Shown in pieces: positions 63,954 to 64,000 of a DNA stretch of 64,000 bases; positions within the stretch are counted from its first letter, which is position 1; each line of letters opens with the position of its first letter. Where the stretch lies: assembly GCA_965235115.1 (NCBI GenBank), contig OZ249436.1, positions 42,720,001 through 42,784,000 on the forward strand. The letters are read 5' to 3'. A program made the translations under genes and the position numbers. The notes beneath the pieces are model-generated. The model saw nothing but the letters and a program-made list of their open reading frames with translations, had not been told where the DNA came from and did no database searches. Origin of the DNA: Laetmonice hystrix (taxonomy: Eukaryota).

Positions 63954-64000
63954 ATGTCGACACCTTATGCTATGCGAATGGGTGCAGTAATCTTAGGGCC

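Overview
Eukaryotic (animal, probably marine invertebrate) genomic DNA with spliceosomal introns, not prokaryotic. The left 37 kb holds three genes whose exons I assembled by hand from GT-AG sites and phase: the first three exons of histone H2A.Z (minus strand, remainder left of the window), a 22-exon CCDC33-like C2/coiled-coil gene (minus, about 1126 aa) and a 10-coding-exon SLC22 organic cation transporter (plus, about 551 aa). Their introns and intergenic DNA carry many non-autonomous DNA transposons and minisatellites. From 40.9 to 60.5 kb lies a tandem small-RNA array. Each unit carries a variant U1 snRNA gene plus a divergent tRNA-Lys(CTT)/tRNA-Lys(TTT) pair. Three units are 3469-3470 bp because they contain a 1265-bp Helitron-like element; a more diverged unit lacks it. 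The fourth U1 copy is split by a 6.1-kb insertion with a 6-bp target-site duplication and no terminal inverted repeats, which fits a U1-targeting Dada-type DNA transposon and is the most interesting object here. The window ends in the 3' exons of an unidentified gene (minus), one of whose splice acceptors is tandemly amplified by a 49-bp repeat. Family assignments come from recalled motifs; no searches were run.
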